NCBI GenBank assembly: GCA_964404025.1
Contig: CAYOIJ010000002.1
Span: forward strand, 23,839-87,838
DNA length: 64,000 nt
Direction: 5' to 3'
DNA from: an uncultured Pseudomonadales bacterium
GTDB taxonomy: Bacteria; Patescibacteriota; Microgenomatia; UBA1400; PJMF01
Part shown: positions 39,403 to 48,245 of the stretch, piece by piece
Numbering within the stretch: the stretch's first letter is position 1
Layout of the letters: every line of letters begins with the position of its first letter
Program-made: the position numbers and the translations under genes
The notes under the pieces: generated by a model
Database searches by the model: none
Told to the model about the DNA's origin: nothing
The model's input: the letters and a program-made list of their open reading frames with translations, nothing else

Positions 39403-41202
39403 TCAATTTTTAATTTGCCGCTGTTTTTCAATAATCTTATTCAACAACTCATCTAGACGCTCTTCTTCAATTTCACTCCTTTTGTTTTTCTTATCAAGTT
39501 GGGCAATCTCTTCATTAATCTCTTCAATTTCTGAATGAATAATATCTTTTTTAACCTGAGACAAAGCATTGTCCCACTCTTTTTTTATGTCAGCATTTTT
39601 AATATTTTTTTGAAATTCTGGATTTAACAAAAACTCCATCAACTTCTCTTTCAAGTCTTCTGCTAATTTTTTAGTGAACTTTTCTAAATTAAAGTTACTA
39701 ATGTTCTTGGATAAAATTTCCAAAATATTGGACAGACCAGGTGTTTTGAGATTTAATGGCAAGATTTTTTTAACTTCTTCTTTAAAAACATCAGTATCTA
39801 ATTGAAACAATAAAAATATTAAATACTCTTCCATTTTTTGCTGATGAGTCTTAATAGCTTTAGGCTTTTCTTGTTTAATTACTTTTTTTTCTGTTTTCTT
39901 CTGGCCAAAGCGATTAATATCTTCCCTAATTAAGGCTAATTTAACATTTAACTTTTCTGCTAGCTTTTGTAAATAAAACTCTTTTTCAACCGTATGTTCA
40001 ATAGAGTTAATAACTACTGCTAAATCATTAATAATTTTGCGCTTACCATCAGGTGAATTAGGATCATGAGCAAGTAAAGAAATATTAAATAGAAAACTAT
40101 AAACCGATATTGCCTGATCTATGGCCTCACGCCATAATTTTGGTTGATGGCGAGCAAAATCATCAGGATCTTTAAGATCTTTTGAACCAACGAGCTTAAC
40201 AAGAGATTCAAAATCAATTACTCTCAAATCTATTCCCTTGCCTTTAACTAAAGAAATAGCTCTTTTGGTTGCCTCAATACCAGCTTCATCTTCATCAAAA
40301 GCTAAAATAATAGTTTTAGCGACTCTAGCTATAAGTTCTATTTGTTCTTTGCTTAGGGCACTACCTTTTACGGCCACAACATTGTTGATGTGAGCCTGGG
40401 CTGAAGAAATCACATCAAATTCGCCCTCAACCACTACAACTTTATTGTTTTTTCTAATTTCTCTAAACAGCTCGCTATAGCCATAAAGCAATTTGGACTT
40501 ATGGTATAGGCTGGTTTCTGGACTGTTAATGTACTTAGCTTCTTTAACTTTTGAATCTAAAACTCGACCAGAAAAACCAACAACTTGTCCTCGATGATTT
40601 TTCAAAGGAAACATTAGTCGAGCTCGAAAACGATCATAATAACGACCACCCCTGCCCTTAATAATCAGACCAGTTTTAGCTATCAGATCTAGCGGGTATT
40701 TCTTCTTTAAGTGCAGGTATTTAATGAGCGCGTCCCAACTATTTAAAGAATAACCCAATTGAAATAATTTAATTGATTGATTGTTGGTTCCCCTGTCTTT
40801 CAAATAAGCCAGTGCTCCCTTGCCAGCTTCATGCTTGATCAATAAGTAGTGATAATATTCTTTAGCTAAATTTAAGATTCCCAACAACTGCTCTCGCTCT
40901 TCATCTTCACTGGTGCGATTAAAATCCTTGAGCGTAATGGCTGCACGATCCGCTAAAAATTTCAGTGCTTCATAAAAAGTCATACCATCATAATTTTGCA
41001 AGAAATCCAAAACATCACCGGTAGCACCACAACCAAAACAACGATATCGCTGCATTTCTGGATGAACAAAAAAGGATGGGGTCTTTTCGTTATGAAAAGG
41101 ACAGGGTGCTTTAAAACTACTGCCAGATGCTTTTAAATCAATTTTTTCACCAATTATTTCAACAATGTTGTTTGCGTCTTTAACCTCTTGAATTTGGGAC
41201 AT
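39403..41202 (-). CDS. dnaG: DNA primase
   Basis: CHC2 zinc finger (CPFHNEKTPSF...CFGCG), TOPRIM region (VVVEGEFD, DED), C-terminal helical domain. Start set at ATG 41202 (MSQIQEVKD...). Confidence 0.85.
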   Translation of the reverse strand: MSQIQEVKDANNIVEIIGEKIDLKASGSSFKAPCPFHNEKTPSFFVHPEMQRYRCFGCGATGDVLDFLQNYDGMTFYEALKFLADRAAITLKDFNRTSEDEEREQLLGILNLAKEYYHYLLIKHEAGKGALAYLKDRGTNNQSIKLFQLGYSLNSWDALIKYLHLKKKYPLDLIAKTGLIIKGRGGRYYDRFRARLMFPLKNHRGQVVGFSGRVLDSKVKEAKYINSPETSLYHKSKLLYGYSELFREIRKNNKVVVVEGEFDVISSAQAHINNVVAVKGSALSKEQIELIARVAKTIILAFDEDEAGIEATKRAISLVKGKGIDLRVIDFESLVKLVGSKDLKDPDDFARHQPKLWREAIDQAISVYSFLFNISLLAHDPNSPDGKRKIINDLAVVINSIEHTVEKEFYLQKLAEKLNVKLALIREDINRFGQKKTEKKVIKQEKPKAIKTHQQKMEEYLIFLLFQLDTDVFKEEVKKILPLNLKTPGLSNILEILSKNISNFNLEKFTKKLAEDLKEKLMEFLLNPEFQKNIKNADIKKEWDNALSQVKKDIIHSEIEEINEEIAQLDKKNKRSEIEEERLDELLNKIIEKQRQIKN

Positions 41203-41237
41203 CTTTAGCTGTAAAATATACTTTTTATTGAGAAAAG

Positions 41238-42293
41238 TCAATTTGCAACGGAACTTAGCCTGGTTATTCCGTCTTTAGACATTTGAATTACCTGTTCATT
41301 AATTTGATACACCCAGGTTTTTAAATCTTGATCGAAAGTAAAGTTAATTTTGAGCAACAAACCCTCCTGTGTTTCAGCAGAAAAATATTGATCAAATACA
41401 AAGTTACCCAAAGAGTAGTAAATACTTTTACCCTGATAAATTTCTTTATTTTGCACCACGTGCGGGTGACCACCAATAATTAAATCAGCTCCAGCCTCAA
41501 CAAACTCATGGGCCAAATTAACAATCGACTGATTGGCTGTTGGAACATATTCATTGCCCCAATGAGCAAAGACTAAAATCAAATCAGCTCCCCGATCTTG
41601 AACTTCAATCAAATCACGAAAAGTTTTATTCTTTGCTTCCGCAACAAATTGGTTATAACTAATTAAGGCAATTTTCTGACCGAAATGCTCTAGAAAATGG
41701 TAACGCCGCCAATCTTCACTAGCACCCACATCACCAAAATAGATCAATTTAGCTTGATCTAAATATTGTTGAGTACTTTTCAAGCCACTTTGGCCAAAAT
41801 TTAAAATGTGGTTGTTGCCTAAGTTTAAAATGCTTAAATTATTTTTTTGTAAAACAGGAATAATTTCTGGTGAGAAAGTGAAAGTATAGTTGCCAGGACC
41901 ACCTGGCAAACTACGTTGACTAATTGATTTCTCTTGAGTAATTGGGCCCTCTAGATTGGCTAACGCATAATCAGCACTATTTAAAAAGACAGTTAGGTCT
42001 TCGTCAAAAATAAAATCATAAGTTTCTCTTACTTCAGCCTTGGTACGAATGTGACGATCAAACATTAAATCTCCACCAACAATCATAGAAAAAACTAAGG
42101 GGCTTGGAGTTGGGTCCGGCTCAGAAATTGCATAAAAATCAGAAGATTCTTTTAATTGCTCTTGTGGCGTAGAGGAAAAAAGCTTTACACCAGTAAAAAT
42201 TAATAAATAAATTAAAGAAAAAGAAGACAAGAAAATTAAAAAAAATAAGTATAGTTTTTTTTGCAGATATCTTATTTTAACCGACAAAACCAA
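41238..42293 (-). CDS. CapA/PgsA-family metallophosphoesterase (PGA_cap)
   Basis: N-terminal TM. GGDLMFDRHIR, NLEGP, GNNHILNFG and GGHPHVVQ motifs of the CapA family. Confidence 0.7.
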   Translation of the reverse strand: MVLSVKIRYLQKKLYLFFLIFLSSFSLIYLLIFTGVKLFSSTPQEQLKESSDFYAISEPDPTPSPLVFSMIVGGDLMFDRHIRTKAEVRETYDFIFDEDLTVFLNSADYALANLEGPITQEKSISQRSLPGGPGNYTFTFSPEIIPVLQKNNLSILNLGNNHILNFGQSGLKSTQQYLDQAKLIYFGDVGASEDWRRYHFLEHFGQKIALISYNQFVAEAKNKTFRDLIEVQDRGADLILVFAHWGNEYVPTANQSIVNLAHEFVEAGADLIIGGHPHVVQNKEIYQGKSIYYSLGNFVFDQYFSAETQEGLLLKINFTFDQDLKTWVYQINEQVIQMSKDGITRLSSVAN

Positions 42294-43006
42294 GATTGGC
42301 TAATAGTTTTAAAACCCTGATGCTCATACCACTTTTTGGCATAAGACTGGCTAATGGTTTCTAAATATACTCGACTCACACCCTGGGTTTTTAATTTTTG
42401 TAAATATCGCTTAAGCAATAGTGTTCCTAAATGAAAGTTGCGCTTTTTTTGACTAACAATTACTTCCCATATGAAAGCTGTTTTCGCCAAGTGTTCTCCC
42501 AAAACTAAGGCTATTGCTTGTTCTTGATCTTTTGCCAAAACAATTAAGCCATTTTCTTTTTGGGCATCCCCACAAACTTGCTTTAAATAAAAAAACCAAT
42601 TAATTTCTAGAGGAGAACGATAATAATCTGGCAAACTTTGATAATGAAAATTGGCTTGTTCAACCAATAATTCTTTAACTAGCTGCTTGTTGTCAATCTT
42701 TGTAACAAAACTTAAATCAGCTATTGTCCAAGGCAAATCAGTCGTTTCTTCTAAATTAATCTTTAACTCACTTAGTGCTGGCTTAAAATACTTATTGACT
42801 AAAAAATCACTGAATTCTTCTGCTTTAGCTGGCAAAACAATTTCAATTTTTGCTAAAGACTTCTTTTTAGCAAATATTATTGCTTGATCTAGTTCTTGTT
42901 TAAGTTTAGTCAAGCTATTTAGCCGCCAATCTAACTCCAACCAACGATTATCTCGTAGACAATAATCATCCACTTTTTTAATGTGATAAGAAGTAATTTT
43001 TGACAC
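42272..43006 (-). CDS. GNAT-family N-acetyltransferase domain protein
   Basis: C-terminal ...IWEVIVSQKKRNFHLGTLLLKRYLQKLKTQGVSRVYLET... fits the acetyl-CoA-binding motif A region (Q/RxxGxG/A-like). N-terminal half unassigned. Confidence 0.5.
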   Translation of the reverse strand: MSKITSYHIKKVDDYCLRDNRWLELDWRLNSLTKLKQELDQAIIFAKKKSLAKIEIVLPAKAEEFSDFLVNKYFKPALSELKINLEETTDLPWTIADLSFVTKIDNKQLVKELLVEQANFHYQSLPDYYRSPLEINWFFYLKQVCGDAQKENGLIVLAKDQEQAIALVLGEHLAKTAFIWEVIVSQKKRNFHLGTLLLKRYLQKLKTQGVSRVYLETISQSYAKKWYEHQGFKTISQSWFCRLK

Positions 43007-43009
43007 AAG

Positions 43010-44023
43010 CTAGTTGTTAATCAACCTATCCAATAAAGTATAAAAAGTTAAACCATAAAGCTCCAAAATACTAGCAATTGCACAAGAGTTACTTGGTCCC
43101 AAAGCAGGATTCACATTTACGTCAATTAAGTAATGACGACCCGCTTCATCTAAACGAAAATCAAACTTAGCATAATCTTCAATTCTAAGAATATTAAAAG
43201 CAATTTTAATGTCTTCTTTTACTGCCTCAGGCAAATCATATTTTTCGTAGCTAATTGTTTTTTCGGTACTGAGCCAATTATCATTAAAAGTAACAATTTT
43301 TTTAAATGGGTCATTGTCAGTGCGATGAAAAATTTTTTCAGCTGCATAAATCTTAGTATTTCCCCCTTCAACTACTACCACCGTAATCTCACGACCAGCA
43401 ATAAACTCTTCAAGCAAAATTGGTTGCTTATAATTTTTATATAGAAAATCAATTTGAACCTTAGCCATTTTGGCATCAAAACAAACCGAGGTTTCAGAAA
43501 CTTCTAAAGAGCCATGATTTTCATTAAGTTTAATAAAAAGTGGAAAGTCTAATTCTTCATCAATCTCATCGTTTGAATGCTTGATCAATTGATATTTGGG
43601 AGTAGTTATTCCATATTGTTCAAGTAAAGATTTGGTTAAATATTTGTTGGCGTTAATTGAACTAGATAACATACCACTGCCTGTGTAGGAAATTTTCAAC
43701 AACTCAAGTGTAGCGGGTATGCTGGCTGCCAAATATTCTTTGCCATAAACAGAGTCAACTAAATTAATTACTTTATCTGGTTTAAAGTTAGCTAAAGTTT
43801 CACTTAATTTAGCATCGCCTGGAAAAAGCTCTACCTGATAACCCTTGTCTCGTAAAATTTCACCGATTAATTTTGCTCGACCCTTTACTTCTGCTTCAGT
43901 AATGTAGAGCTCTTCAGTTGGAAAATATTGACGCTGAGCATCAGAGTATAAAATAGCAATTTTCTTGATTAGAGAAATGTTTTTAGTTTTATGCATAAGC
44001 ATTAACTTTCGATTATATATCAA
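43010..44023 (-). CDS. ATP-grasp ligase, D-Ala-D-Ala-ligase-like
   Basis: Ddl-like N-terminal (ILYSD...GY), central (KYLTKSLLEQYGITTPKY...PLFIK) and C-terminal (LLEEFIAGREITVVVVEG) ATP-grasp blocks. Confidence 0.6.
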   Translation of the reverse strand: MIYNRKLMLMHKTKNISLIKKIAILYSDAQRQYFPTEELYITEAEVKGRAKLIGEILRDKGYQVELFPGDAKLSETLANFKPDKVINLVDSVYGKEYLAASIPATLELLKISYTGSGMLSSSINANKYLTKSLLEQYGITTPKYQLIKHSNDEIDEELDFPLFIKLNENHGSLEVSETSVCFDAKMAKVQIDFLYKNYKQPILLEEFIAGREITVVVVEGGNTKIYAAEKIFHRTDNDPFKKIVTFNDNWLSTEKTISYEKYDLPEAVKEDIKIAFNILRIEDYAKFDFRLDEAGRHYLIDVNVNPALGPSNSCAIASILELYGLTFYTLLDRLINN

Positions 44024-44040
44024 TGTTATAATTAGTTAAT

Positions 44041-44388
44041 ATGAACAAATTAGTAAAAAAATCTAGTGATAAAATAATTATTAAACAGCCTGCTCTTGGT
44101 TTTCTTGAATTCATCAGAGAACAAGGAGTTGTGGGCCTTGCAGTTGGTTTTATTTTAGGAGGTTCAATTAGAACAGTGGTCGATTCAATTGTTGATGATT
44201 TGATTAACCCTCTTCTAGGACTTATTTTAGGTACCGTAGATTTTTCTCAGGCTGTTTGGCAAATTGGCTCGGCTCAAGTTGCTTGGGGAAATTTTATTGC
44301 TACCCTAATCAATTTTACAATTGTTGCTATGGTTGTTTATTTTGGAGTCAAAGGACTAGGTTTAGAAAAATTAGACAAAAAGAAATAG
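44041..44388 (+). CDS. mscL: Large-conductance mechanosensitive channel
   Basis: 115 aa. FLEFIREQGVVGLAVGFILGGSIRTVVDSIVDDLINPLLG matches the MscL TM1/pore signature. Confidence 0.85.
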   Translation: MNKLVKKSSDKIIIKQPALGFLEFIREQGVVGLAVGFILGGSIRTVVDSIVDDLINPLLGLILGTVDFSQAVWQIGSAQVAWGNFIATLINFTIVAMVVYFGVKGLGLEKLDKKK

Positions 44389-44391
44389 GGT

Positions 44392-44898
44392 TTAGTTAGA
44401 ACATTCAAGCAACAGTGGTCTCTTTTGTTTAAGTTCTTTGAATAATAGATAAGCATAGGCAAAAATTAAATCTCCCATAAGAGTTCGTCCATAAAAAGGT
44501 AGGGCTAGTAGGTAGCATTGAAATAGCGATTGTAAATCTTTTGGATACCAGTTCAACCAAACCCCAAAATTAGATATCAAAAAAAATAAGAAAGAAGCTA
44601 GAGGAATAAAAAATAGCTGCTTTTTAATCTGTCCACGACTCAAATATCCCAAAATTGGATAAACAGTGAAGGCTAAATATATCCAAGACTGGCCACGATA
44701 AAAACCACCAAAAAAATAATCAAAAAGAATAATTGAAACAAAATAAAAAATAGGTTGGCTAGAGAAAAAGCCAAAACTACCTAAAGGACTAAAATTAGCT
44801 GGTAGAATTTTAGCCACTCTAACCACTAGAATACTTAGTGTAGCTAACAAATTATTTTTTAATTGCTTCATATCTAAACTCAATTGTATCACCTTCAT
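44392..44898 (-). CDS. Hypothetical polytopic membrane protein
   Basis: 168 aa, 4-5 TM helices. Overlaps the upstream DUF4430-like gene. Confidence 0.3.
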   Translation of the reverse strand: MKVIQLSLDMKQLKNNLLATLSILVVRVAKILPANFSPLGSFGFFSSQPIFYFVSIILFDYFFGGFYRGQSWIYLAFTVYPILGYLSRGQIKKQLFFIPLASFLFFLISNFGVWLNWYPKDLQSLFQCYLLALPFYGRTLMGDLIFAYAYLLFKELKQKRPLLLECSN

Positions 44899-45340
44899 TT
44901 AGCACAATGTCTCGTATACCTAGCAAAGCGCTTTCATCATTAACATAAATTGCCCAAAAACTATCTTCATTCCCTTTTAAACCATTTATTTCCTCAATAA
45001 AAATGCCAAAATCATGCTCTTGGTAGCCCACCTCGTGACTGGCAATTAATAAGTCCCAAGCATTGGTTTTGTCTTCAAAAGCAGTTAGACTAAGCTGCTT
45101 CAACTCTTCATTTAGCTCTTTGCTATTTTCTAAATTAAACTCAACAATATCCCCATTTTCTTCAGAGCTAAACTGATCCCCACCTTCAGTTTTAAGCAAA
45201 TCTTTGAGTGTGGGTAGGTTTTGATCAGGAAATAGGAAAGCAACTATAAAAAATAAGGTAACAAGTCCCATCAATAAACCCATTAAAATTGATAAAATCT
45301 TTGAAAACTTTTTTTGAGGCATGGGGCAAAATTGTAACAC
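44852..45340 (-). CDS. DUF4430-like secreted protein
   Basis: N-terminal TM. C-terminal ...FWAIYVNDESALLGIRDIVLNEGDTIEFRY resembles the DUF4430 pattern (W.Y.VNG...L.DGD.I.W.Y). Confidence 0.4.
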   Translation of the reverse strand: MLQFCPMPQKKFSKILSILMGLLMGLVTLFFIVAFLFPDQNLPTLKDLLKTEGGDQFSSEENGDIVEFNLENSKELNEELKQLSLTAFEDKTNAWDLLIASHEVGYQEHDFGIFIEEINGLKGNEDSFWAIYVNDESALLGIRDIVLNEGDTIEFRYEAIKK

Positions 45341-45418
45341 AGAGAGCTTATAAAATTAATGGATAATTTAAAAACTTAAAAAACCCTTGACAATTTCATT
45401 ATCAATTGTTAAATTATA

Positions 45419-45445
45419 TTTAGCAGTCTCAATGACAGATTGCTA
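45419..45445. promoter_or_regulatory. CIRCE-like inverted repeat (HrcA-operator-like) upstream of hsp20-htrA
   Basis: TTAGCAGTC-N9-GATTGCTAA against CIRCE consensus TTAGCACTC-N9-GAGTGCTAA: one mismatch per arm and the correct 9-nt spacer. 36 nt upstream of the hsp20 start. A TTGACA lies at 45387..45392. Confidence 0.45.
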
Positions 45446-45480
45446 AATATAAATTATTAATAATAAGAAAGGAGAGAATC

Positions 45481-45897
45481 ATGAATCTTATTCGATGGCG
45501 TCCTCACCAATCTTTATTAGATAGCTGGCCAGAATTTTGGGAAGATGATTTTTTGACTGACAGCAATCAACGCCAAAATTTAAATATCTACCAAAAGGAT
45601 AATGAGGTGGTGGTTGAAGCCAATGTAGCTGGAGTCAGTGCTGATCAAATTGATCTAACCTTTGAAAAAGGAGTTCTTTGGATCAAAGCTGAGGCTGAAA
45701 CTGAAAAAGATCAAAAAGATAAAAAACACTATTCCAAAACCAGCTGGAGCTATTCATATAAAGTAGCAGTCCCAGGACAAATTGATCAGCAGAATGAACC
45801 AAAGGCAGAGTTAAGCAAAGGCATTCTTAAAATTAAATTTAAGAAACAAAAAATTGCCGAACCTAAAAAACTCAAAATTGCTGAAAAAAATGAATAA
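45481..45897 (+). CDS. Hsp20/alpha-crystallin family small heat-shock protein
   Basis: 138 aa. Alpha-crystallin domain pattern (NIYQKDNEVVVEANVAGV...GVLWIKAE...GILKIKF). Confidence 0.8.
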   Translation: MNLIRWRPHQSLLDSWPEFWEDDFLTDSNQRQNLNIYQKDNEVVVEANVAGVSADQIDLTFEKGVLWIKAEAETEKDQKDKKHYSKTSWSYSYKVAVPGQIDQQNEPKAELSKGILKIKFKKQKIAEPKKLKIAEKNE

Positions 45898-45933
45898 TTA
45901 AAAATAATCATTCATCAAGAAGAACCAAAACTT

Positions 45934-47118
45934 ATGAAAAAAAATATAGCTTTTATCATATTGATTCTACTAGCCTTTGCTAGTGGTGCTTATTTAAGCG
46001 ACAACAAGCGTCTGGAAAAAATTTTACCAAGTTTTCTCCGAGATGGCAATGAGCTTGTAAGTCAAAAGTTAGACCCTCAAGTTACAAGTTTTTCTGACGA
46101 ACAACTCAGTGTTAGCGAAGTCGTTAAAGCTGTTGGCCCCTCAGTAGTTACAATTAGCGCTGAAAAAAATGTACTTCGTCCAAGTGGTTTTAATTTTAAT
46201 CCCTTTGGCTTTGGTTCTTTATTTGATCAATTTTACCACCAACCCAGTGCTGATGATTTTGAGACTATAGAGCAAGATATTGGCACTGGCTTTGTGGTCC
46301 TGGCAGAAGAAAACAAGCGGCTCTTTATTATTACGAATCGACATGTAGTAAATGATTTTAACCTCAATTATTTAGTCTATGATTTCGAAGATCAAGTTCA
46401 TTCAGTGACTGATATTTATCGAGATCCAACTAATGATTTAGCTATTTTAGCCGTTGAAGAATTAAACCTGCCTGCTTTAAAATTAGGAGATTCAGATCAA
46501 CTACAAATTGGAGAATCAGTTATTGCTATTGGCACCGCTCTTGGACAATTTCGCAACACAGTCACTAAAGGTATCGTTTCTGGCGTAGGAAGAGGAATAA
46601 TAGCTAGTAACATTTTTGGTGGTCAACAAGAAAATTTAGACAATATTATTCAAACAGATGCTGCTATTAATCCAGGTAATTCAGGCGGGCCATTGATTAA
46701 CGCCCGCGGTGAGGTCATTGGTGTAAATGTTGCTACCTCTGCCGGTGCTGATAACATTGGCTTTGCACTACCAATTAATATCGTCAGAAATTCTTTAGAG
46801 AATTTTGAGGCGACTGGTGAATTTGATCGAGCTACTTTAGGCGTTTCTTATACATTAATTTCAGAAAAAGCTGCTCTAGCTAATGAAGTTCCTCAGGGAG
46901 CTTATATCCAAGAAATAATAAAGGGCTCCAATGCCGATCAGGCTGGTCTCAAAAAAGGAGACATTATTATTAAAGTTGATGACAAAAAGCTGAGCGAAAC
47001 AGAAACCTTAGCAAAACTAATCAACCAGGTCCGTGTTGGTAGCGAGCTTGAACTAGAAATTTGGCGAGAAGGTAAAAAACAAACAGTTCTAGTAAAATTT
47101 AATAAAAACAATTCTTAA
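45934..47118 (+). CDS. htrA: HtrA/DegP-family serine protease with PDZ domain
   Basis: N-terminal TM. Trypsin-like catalytic triad context (TNRHVV; DLAIL; GNSGGPLIN). C-terminal PDZ. Confidence 0.85.
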   Translation: MKKNIAFIILILLAFASGAYLSDNKRLEKILPSFLRDGNELVSQKLDPQVTSFSDEQLSVSEVVKAVGPSVVTISAEKNVLRPSGFNFNPFGFGSLFDQFYHQPSADDFETIEQDIGTGFVVLAEENKRLFIITNRHVVNDFNLNYLVYDFEDQVHSVTDIYRDPTNDLAILAVEELNLPALKLGDSDQLQIGESVIAIGTALGQFRNTVTKGIVSGVGRGIIASNIFGGQQENLDNIIQTDAAINPGNSGGPLINARGEVIGVNVATSAGADNIGFALPINIVRNSLENFEATGEFDRATLGVSYTLISEKAALANEVPQGAYIQEIIKGSNADQAGLKKGDIIIKVDDKKLSETETLAKLINQVRVGSELELEIWREGKKQTVLVKFNKNNS

Positions 47119-47193
47119 AAAGTTAAAGCTTGTTTATTGGCCCTATAATTTACTTTTAATTCTTGACCCAAACCGTTTTCTCCCCTATCTTTA

Positions 47194-48153
47194 TTGTATA
47201 TGACAAAAAATAACATTTTGGTAACTGGAGCCTTTGGCTTAGTTGGCTCAGAACTAGTTCCTGCTTTACAAAAAAAATTTGGTCAAGACCGGGTCATTGC
47301 TCTGGCTAGAAAAACCATGGACGATGATTTTACTGGCATTTTAGAAAAAGGTGATGTAACAGACCTAAAGCGTTTGGAAGAATTAATTGAACAATACCAA
47401 ATTGACACAATTTATCATTTGGCTGGTATTCTCTCAGTTGGGGGCGAAAAGAACCCTCAATTGGCTTGGGAAGTAAATATGGGTGGCTTAAAAAACGTTT
47501 TAGATCTAGCAGTTAAGTACAAATTAAAAATTTTCTGGCCATCCTCAATTGCTGCCTTTGGACCGACCACGCCCACTCAAAACACCCCTCAGCATACTGT
47601 GCTTGAACCAACCACCATGTATGGTGTTAATAAAGTTGCTGGGGAATTACTCGGCCAATACTATCACCTTAAATATGGGGTTGATTTTCGCAGTCTTCGT
47701 TATCCGGGCTTAAACGGTTATAAAGCTGATCCAGGTGATGGCACTACTGAATATGCCATTCATATTTTTTATGCAGCTATTAAAGATGGTCATTATGTTT
47801 GTCCACTAAAACCAGACACTCGCTTACCAATGATGTATATGGACGATGCTATCAACGGCACCATTCAATTAATGGAGGCACCAGCTGAAAACTTGACTGT
47901 GCGCACCAGCTATAATTTCACAGCAATTAGCTTTACTCCGGCAGAATTGGTGGCGGCTATTCAAAAAATTCAGCCAGATTTCACAGTCGATTATCAACCT
48001 AACCACACTCAAGCCATTGCTGATAGTTGGCCAAAAACTATCGATGATGGTGTTGCACGTAAAGATTGGGATTGGCAAGAACAATTTGATTTAAATAAGA
48101 TGACTAAGGCCTTATATGAGGGTGTAAAAGCTAAAATTAAAACTAATAATTAA
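47194..48153 (+). CDS. NAD-dependent epimerase/dehydratase family, L-threonine-3-dehydrogenase-like
   Basis: Rossmann ILVTGAFGLVGSEL and catalytic YGVNK (YxxxK). Strong pattern similarity to extended-SDR TDH enzymes (YGVDFRSLRYPGL). Confidence 0.6.
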   Translation: MYMTKNNILVTGAFGLVGSELVPALQKKFGQDRVIALARKTMDDDFTGILEKGDVTDLKRLEELIEQYQIDTIYHLAGILSVGGEKNPQLAWEVNMGGLKNVLDLAVKYKLKIFWPSSIAAFGPTTPTQNTPQHTVLEPTTMYGVNKVAGELLGQYYHLKYGVDFRSLRYPGLNGYKADPGDGTTEYAIHIFYAAIKDGHYVCPLKPDTRLPMMYMDDAINGTIQLMEAPAENLTVRTSYNFTAISFTPAELVAAIQKIQPDFTVDYQPNHTQAIADSWPKTIDDGVARKDWDWQEQFDLNKMTKALYEGVKAKIKTNN

Positions 48154-48245
48154 TATTGGTTAACTACAGGTCTACTTAGACTCATCTTTATTTCTGCGCG
48201 CAACAGGGCTATTTCTTCATCTTCATATAACTTATAAATATCCGA

